Shown here: in pieces, positions 59,268 to 64,000 of the stretch | Position numbering within the stretch: position 1 is the first letter of the stretch | How the letters are laid out: each line of letters starts with the position of its first letter | Assembly: GCA_002633005.1 (NCBI GenBank) | Contig: NMRA01000515.1 | Location: 213,004 to 277,003, forward strand | Source: Phoronis australis | Lineage: Eukaryota > Animalia > Phoronida | Direction: 5' to 3' | DNA length: 64,000 bases | Position numbers and translations under genes: made by a program | Notes under the pieces: generated by a model | Databases searched by the model: none | The model's input: only the letters and a program-made list of their open reading frames with translations | What the model was told of the DNA's origin: nothing

Positions 59268-59987
59268 TTAAAGCACTTTCATCTCATATACGTCTCTCAA
59301 CCCGTAACTGCGTGGCGGCAACGACGCTTGGTGTAACCATTCGGGAGAGGTGGGTGAACCAAACTCGATGGAAGATGTCTGAAAGGAAGCCGGAGACACG
59401 ACACTGTAGTCACTGTCGCTGAAGTAACTTGAGGCGGGCGAGCAGGCGCTGGTATTGTCATGCAATAACTGGTTGCAATGGTCACGGAAACCATTGCAGT
59501 TGTTTGTCATTTGATTGTCAGGGCACGGATTGATGGAATGATGAATTTTGTTGCTTAAAGTAGTCGTAAGCGATGAGTCACACGGCACATTGTCGTCTGC
59601 TTTTGATTTTTGCTGCATGTCACACATTTTCAAAGTTTGTGTCAAAGCGAATATATAGTTGTAAGCGAACCTGAGAGTTTCGATTTTTGTTAGTTTCGTA
59701 TCGTCTCCTCCTTGTGTTGGTAATTTGCGACGTAGAGTTTCCAAGTGTTCATTGAGACCATGCATACGATTTCTCTCCCGGTCATTGGCCTTTGATCGTC
59801 TTTGTTTCTTCAACTTTTGAACTAATTCTGGGCTGCGTTGCTTTAATCGTGATTTACTCTGACGCTTTTTCGTGGAAGAGTCTCTTTTTCTTTCCGCTTC
59901 AACTGCCTTCTGTTCCACTGCCAAACTGTAAACGATAGTTCCACTTTCAACATTCCCAAGACCCTTTGGTAGAATTGTCACGGGCAT
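59268..59987 (-). CDS. NEUROG: Neurogenin (atonal-superfamily proneural bHLH), intronless, 239 aa
   Basis: [54 protein letters not shown]; [11 protein letters not shown] and IETLRFA are neurogenin-type; Ser-Pro-rich C-terminus (SPASS, SPTSPEW). Confidence 0.93.
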   Translation of the reverse strand: MPVTILPKGLGNVESGTIVYSLAVEQKAVEAERKRDSSTKKRQSKSRLKQRSPELVQKLKKQRRSKANDRERNRMHGLNEHLETLRRKLPTQGGDDTKLTKIETLRFAYNYIFALTQTLKMCDMQQKSKADDNVPCDSSLTTTLSNKIHHSINPCPDNQMTNNCNGFRDHCNQLLHDNTSACSPASSYFSDSDYSVVSPASFQTSSIEFGSPTSPEWLHQASLPPRSYGLRDVYEMKVL

Positions 59988-60049
59988 AATTCTACGAATA
60001 GCTCAATTTATTGCTTGCGAACTAATGCTTCTATTGTACTTTTCGCGGT

Positions 60050-60285
60050 GAGTGATGCTAGGTCTGGGTTAGGGGACGTATTTATAGCGGCGCGACGTTG
60101 GAGAGCTTACCGCATGGTCACGTGGGCACACAATACATGACACACGTAGGAATATCATAAAATAATCGAGGCCTTTAGGAACGTGCACGCGACAATAGCT
60201 TATCAAAATCCCCCATCACAGGACAGCGGACAATGAAGTGTTTTTGTGACGGACGAAGGCCACTATAATATGGGACGTCACGATC
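60050..60285 (-). promoter_or_regulatory. Neurogenin core and proximal promoter
   Basis: TATAAATA on - at 60086-60079; Inr-like TCACTC ~25-30 nt downstream (60057-60052); CACGTG at 60119-60124, CACGCG at 60186-60191, GACGTCA at 60274-60280. Confidence 0.7.
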
Positions 60286-60643
60286 TTCTCGTGTTTTTAT
60301 TGATCATGGCACGTTGTTTTGAATATGACTAGGTATCGTGTACAAAAATGTTTTACTGCCAAATTTGGCGGATCGTTTGAAGTGAACGTTTAGTCAGGAG
60401 AGAATTTGTGAGATCACTGATGACTCAATTCGTTTTCTCACGAAGATATATAGTTTTATGCATATCACCTGTTATTTACTAACTTAAACCGGTGACAGAA
60501 GTTAAGAGGCCAGTTATGCATGCTGAAAATGAAGAAAAGATAAATAAAAAGCGAAAGGTTATTTTCAAACATCGAGTCAAAAACATGAGACTTCGAACTG
60601 ATTACAGGGTCGAATGAAAATTTTTATCACACTGATAACACTA

Positions 60644-60746
60644 ACAATTACAATAACAACAATAATAAAATAATAATAATTATCATCACCATCATCACCA
60701 CCACCATCATCGTCATCGTCATCATCAGCATTATCATAATAATAAT
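60644..60746. repeat. Compound trinucleotide microsatellite (AAC/AAT/ATC/ACC)
   Basis: Visible triplet runs. Confidence 0.9.
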
Positions 60747-62450
60747 GTCATAAAAAATTACACGGTCGGAATTTGCTCTCAGAATTAACTGAGAATTTTT
60801 GGCCAATATTTTTAATGTGGTACAATATTCAACAGATCCACGCGACGCAACGTATGAGTAATTTAGCTGGGTGGCGCCAGAACCAGCTCAGGAGGTGTCG
60901 TCAACTAATAGACATACCGCTACCGCGCACCGCGTCTTATTCTTAATGTTCATAGACTATCAATCACCAGTCTAATCTGAAGTCAATTTGCGCTAGAAAT
61001 AATATAATGGTCAGGCCAGTCAGGCCCCGAGCTGGTCAAATGACGACCTTTAAGCTAGTCTTTTGTAACCAGATAATAAGCCTTAGCTAAGGTAGTCATT
61101 TCGCCCTTTCTTCACCCACCCATTGTTCGCAAATTTGGCGTGAACTATTGTGATCTCTTTATTTCAACTTGCGCAATCTGGACAGTGCTCTCAATTTGTC
61201 TAATTAGATTGCACTTCGCCAATTTAGAAGGAACTGGTTACTAGGTCCAACATTACTAGATCTACCCTGATGTATTCTTACGCAACCACATCTTCCGTTT
61301 ATATTTTTGATATTACATTGCTTCAAACATTTCAATCACATGACATTTCTCCCAGTTTACAATTATCCTAAATAATATTGTTTCTTAGTACATTGAAAAT
61401 ATTTATTGCTGCGTAATTTGCGAACTGTTAGCACTATTAGTTATTTAATTCGCCATGTTTTTTCAAGACACTACGACATTTACTACAGCTGCGTTGCTAC
61501 TGACTCGGATACCCACTCATTTGACTACATTACTTGCGACTATTTTACCGTTAACTAGATTCCTGAACATTATGCTCAAATAAATACATGATATAGTATT
61601 GTTTTTCATTGTTGACTTAAAAGAGGAAAAATGTATTGATTTGTAATAACTTATTTCATTGAAATTCACTATTATTTGTTTTGCCACACCAAACTCAGCT
61701 CTGATTATTTGTTAATAAAGTATGGAATGCCGTCAAATCTAAAAAGAAAATTCCATATTTGGGAAATGATTTGATCTCTTGCCCAAAAACGGAGTCGGCA
61801 ATATTTGTGCAATGGGAAATACGAAATACGATGTAAATTGTAATAAATATACGTGGCTCTCCCGCATGCCATGTCGGCAAATGAACTTCGCCCTGTCCGT
61901 GGGTTGACTATTCATTGACCACTTTTCCAATAAATACACGACTCTCCTAAAAACAGCATCTCATTTAACGGTAAAGTTGCTTAAATTATTTCCACCACGA
62001 GTGTTTTTTACAATAGCCGAATATCGTTACGTAAAGCCAGACTAAGTTACACAAGACGTTTAGACTAATCACTAAGTCTGAGGAGCTGAGTAGTATTCAG
62101 CTGTCCTCCACTTGCGCCGGCTCAAGCACACTGAAGGACCGAGGATGGGACTCATTAGATCAAGACCACACCTGGGACCGGTAACGTCCATTTAACTTCG
62201 CAGTTCACCGACGAAGAAGTGTTCTTGTATGTCTGACTATGAAAAATGGATTATTTACCAGTAAATTTGGAGCAATAAGAATCAGTGAAGCACCTACGAA
62301 CAACTAATTTTATTTCCTGGCTGTGAATAGAAAATGCAATTAATATTGGTGAAAACATCACACTACAGCTTTTCTTTAGCACGGTCAAGACATTTGCACT
62401 TGAAAATCTTTCCAGAATAACAATAGAATAAAGTTTATATCCAATAACTT

Positions 62451-62622
62451 GAGAGAGAGAGAGAGAGAGAGNNNNNNNNNNNNNNNNNNNNNNNNNNNNN
62501 NNNNNNNNNNNNNNNNNNNNNNNNNNNNNNNNNNNNNNNNNNNNNNNNNNNNNNNNNNNNNNNNNNNNNNNNNNNNNNNNNNNNNGGGGGAGGGAGGGAG
62601 GGAGACAGAGAAAGAGAAAGAG
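62451..62622. repeat. (GA)n / GGGA microsatellite spanning an assembly gap (N 62472-62585)
   Basis: Visible directly. Confidence 0.95.
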
Positions 62623-63708
62623 ATATAATACCATCATAAGTGTAACTTGAACGGAGGGGTTATGACCGAAGACAAAAGTTAAAAAAATGACGAAAATACG
62701 GCCAACATATCTCAAGTTATGCGCGCGGGGATATTCATTCTCGATTTGTGCAACACCGTGACACAATCGAGGTTGAGTGTCAATTTAATGGGTCACGTTT
62801 TAAAGTTATTTTCACAATAGGACGAAAATGCATTAGTATTTTTAGAACAGGACACTGTTCATTAAAACGAAAATGAAGACCTCTTCACTAGACGATGTTT
62901 TGAAAGACCATCTTTACTATTAGACTAATGTAAATATGTGTGGATACCAATCCTCAATATTTTTATATTGGTTTATCTCCGCTATCATTTTTATTCACCC
63001 TATTTCTAGTAGAGTTCACGCTTTCTGACTGAAATAATTACTTAAAAGTTTGCGCCACTGAAGCTATTTTTGAAAAAGAATCACTTTAAGAGCACCCTGG
63101 AGCTTGTTTCGCAAAAGCATCATAGCGGGATTATTCGGCTTACAGTTTCACCCTCTTTCTGAAATTCAAATAGCAATCGAGTTTTTGAAAATGATCCGCC
63201 CAAGTACGCGCGATTGTATGCACTGCCCTGCGGTGACGTGGATATTTAATATTGACAAATCAAAACGCGAACTCTTTTGTCCCACAACAATAGAGACGCA
63301 TCCCTCTGTTCCGAGTCAAAGAGCACTCGTCGTTCACCTTTCCCCAGATTTAACTTTTAATAGTGGGTTTCATGTTCCAAGAATACAATTCACTGCAGTC
63401 AAGACACTTGACTAATCGCCGAGGATTGTCTAAGTGAAGGTGAATTTTTTGCCTTTCATTTTATTGTGAAGCTTGAGTGGTGGTCCATTATTCTCTTAAG
63501 CGCTGACACGCGCCGAGGTTCATCAGCACGCGTCTGTAATCGTCCGAGATAGCTATCAGCGGTGATTAAAACCTGAAGTGGATGAATTCGAATTCTTAGG
63601 GTAAGCCTCATAGGCAAAACGGAGAACATAAAAACAAATGCGATGAAAATCAGCGCACATTTTCATCAAATGTCTTTCCATTAGATATCGAGCACCTTGG
63701 AGAGGTTG

Positions 63709-63770
63709 TTTGTTATTATTATTATTATTCTTCTTCTTCTTCTTCTTATTATTATTATTATTATTATTAT
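63709..63770. repeat. (ATT)n(CTT)n(ATT)n microsatellite
   Basis: Visible directly. Confidence 0.95.
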
Positions 63771-63904
63771 GCTTAAATAATATCCTAAAGACGATGTCTA
63801 TCTAGAGTAAACTGGAGTTTAAAAACAGGTCTGTGGTTACGTTCTAATCTACAGAAGGAAGTTTATGGTAATCAGTAAAATTTTTTTCGTCTATCGATGA
63901 CCTT

Positions 63905-63986
63905 ATATGTATGTATTTATATATGTATGTATGCATGCATTCATGTATCTATGTATCTATGTATCAATGTATCTATGCATGTATGT
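63905..63986. repeat. Degenerate (ATGT/ATCT)n microsatellite
   Basis: Visible directly. Confidence 0.85.
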
Positions 63987-64000
63987 AAGGTAACGTTCAC

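Noticed and set aside
62251-62766. 171-aa ORF
   Set aside because: Artefact of translating through the N gap and the GA microsatellite.

Overview
Eukaryotic, AT-rich animal genomic DNA with GT-AG introns. It is a bilaterian invertebrate, and the repeat types suggest a lophotrochozoan (inference). The assembly looks heterozygous and fragmented. Three protein genes are present. (1) The 3' seven exons of a gamma-syntrophin (SNTG-like; PH and SU domains) on + at 2516-8236. (2) A convergent, apparently complete OXR1/NCOA7-family gene (LysM-GRAM-TLDc) on -, CDS 40603-13810: 18 phase-compatible exons, 958 aa, with a candidate 18-nt microexon and a likely non-coding first exon near 45.9 kb. (3) An intronless neurogenin bHLH gene on - at 59987-59268 with a TATA/Inr promoter. 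Three near-identical duplications abut single-N joins and are most likely uncollapsed haplotypes; they expose polymorphic insertions (a solo LTR, a Helentron-associated element end, a VNTR). Introns and intergenic DNA hold non-autonomous elements: HINE/DINE-1-like, Kolobok-like with a THAP remnant, P/hAT-like, and MITEs. The most unusual item is a ~310-bp cassette at 54.4-54.7 kb: inverted repeat, tRNA-like Pol III head, hammerhead ribozyme, inverted repeat, with the second repeat starting beside the predicted self-cleavage site. Most short ORFs in the supplied track are spurious, and there is no CRISPR array. All calls were made by eye without database searches.
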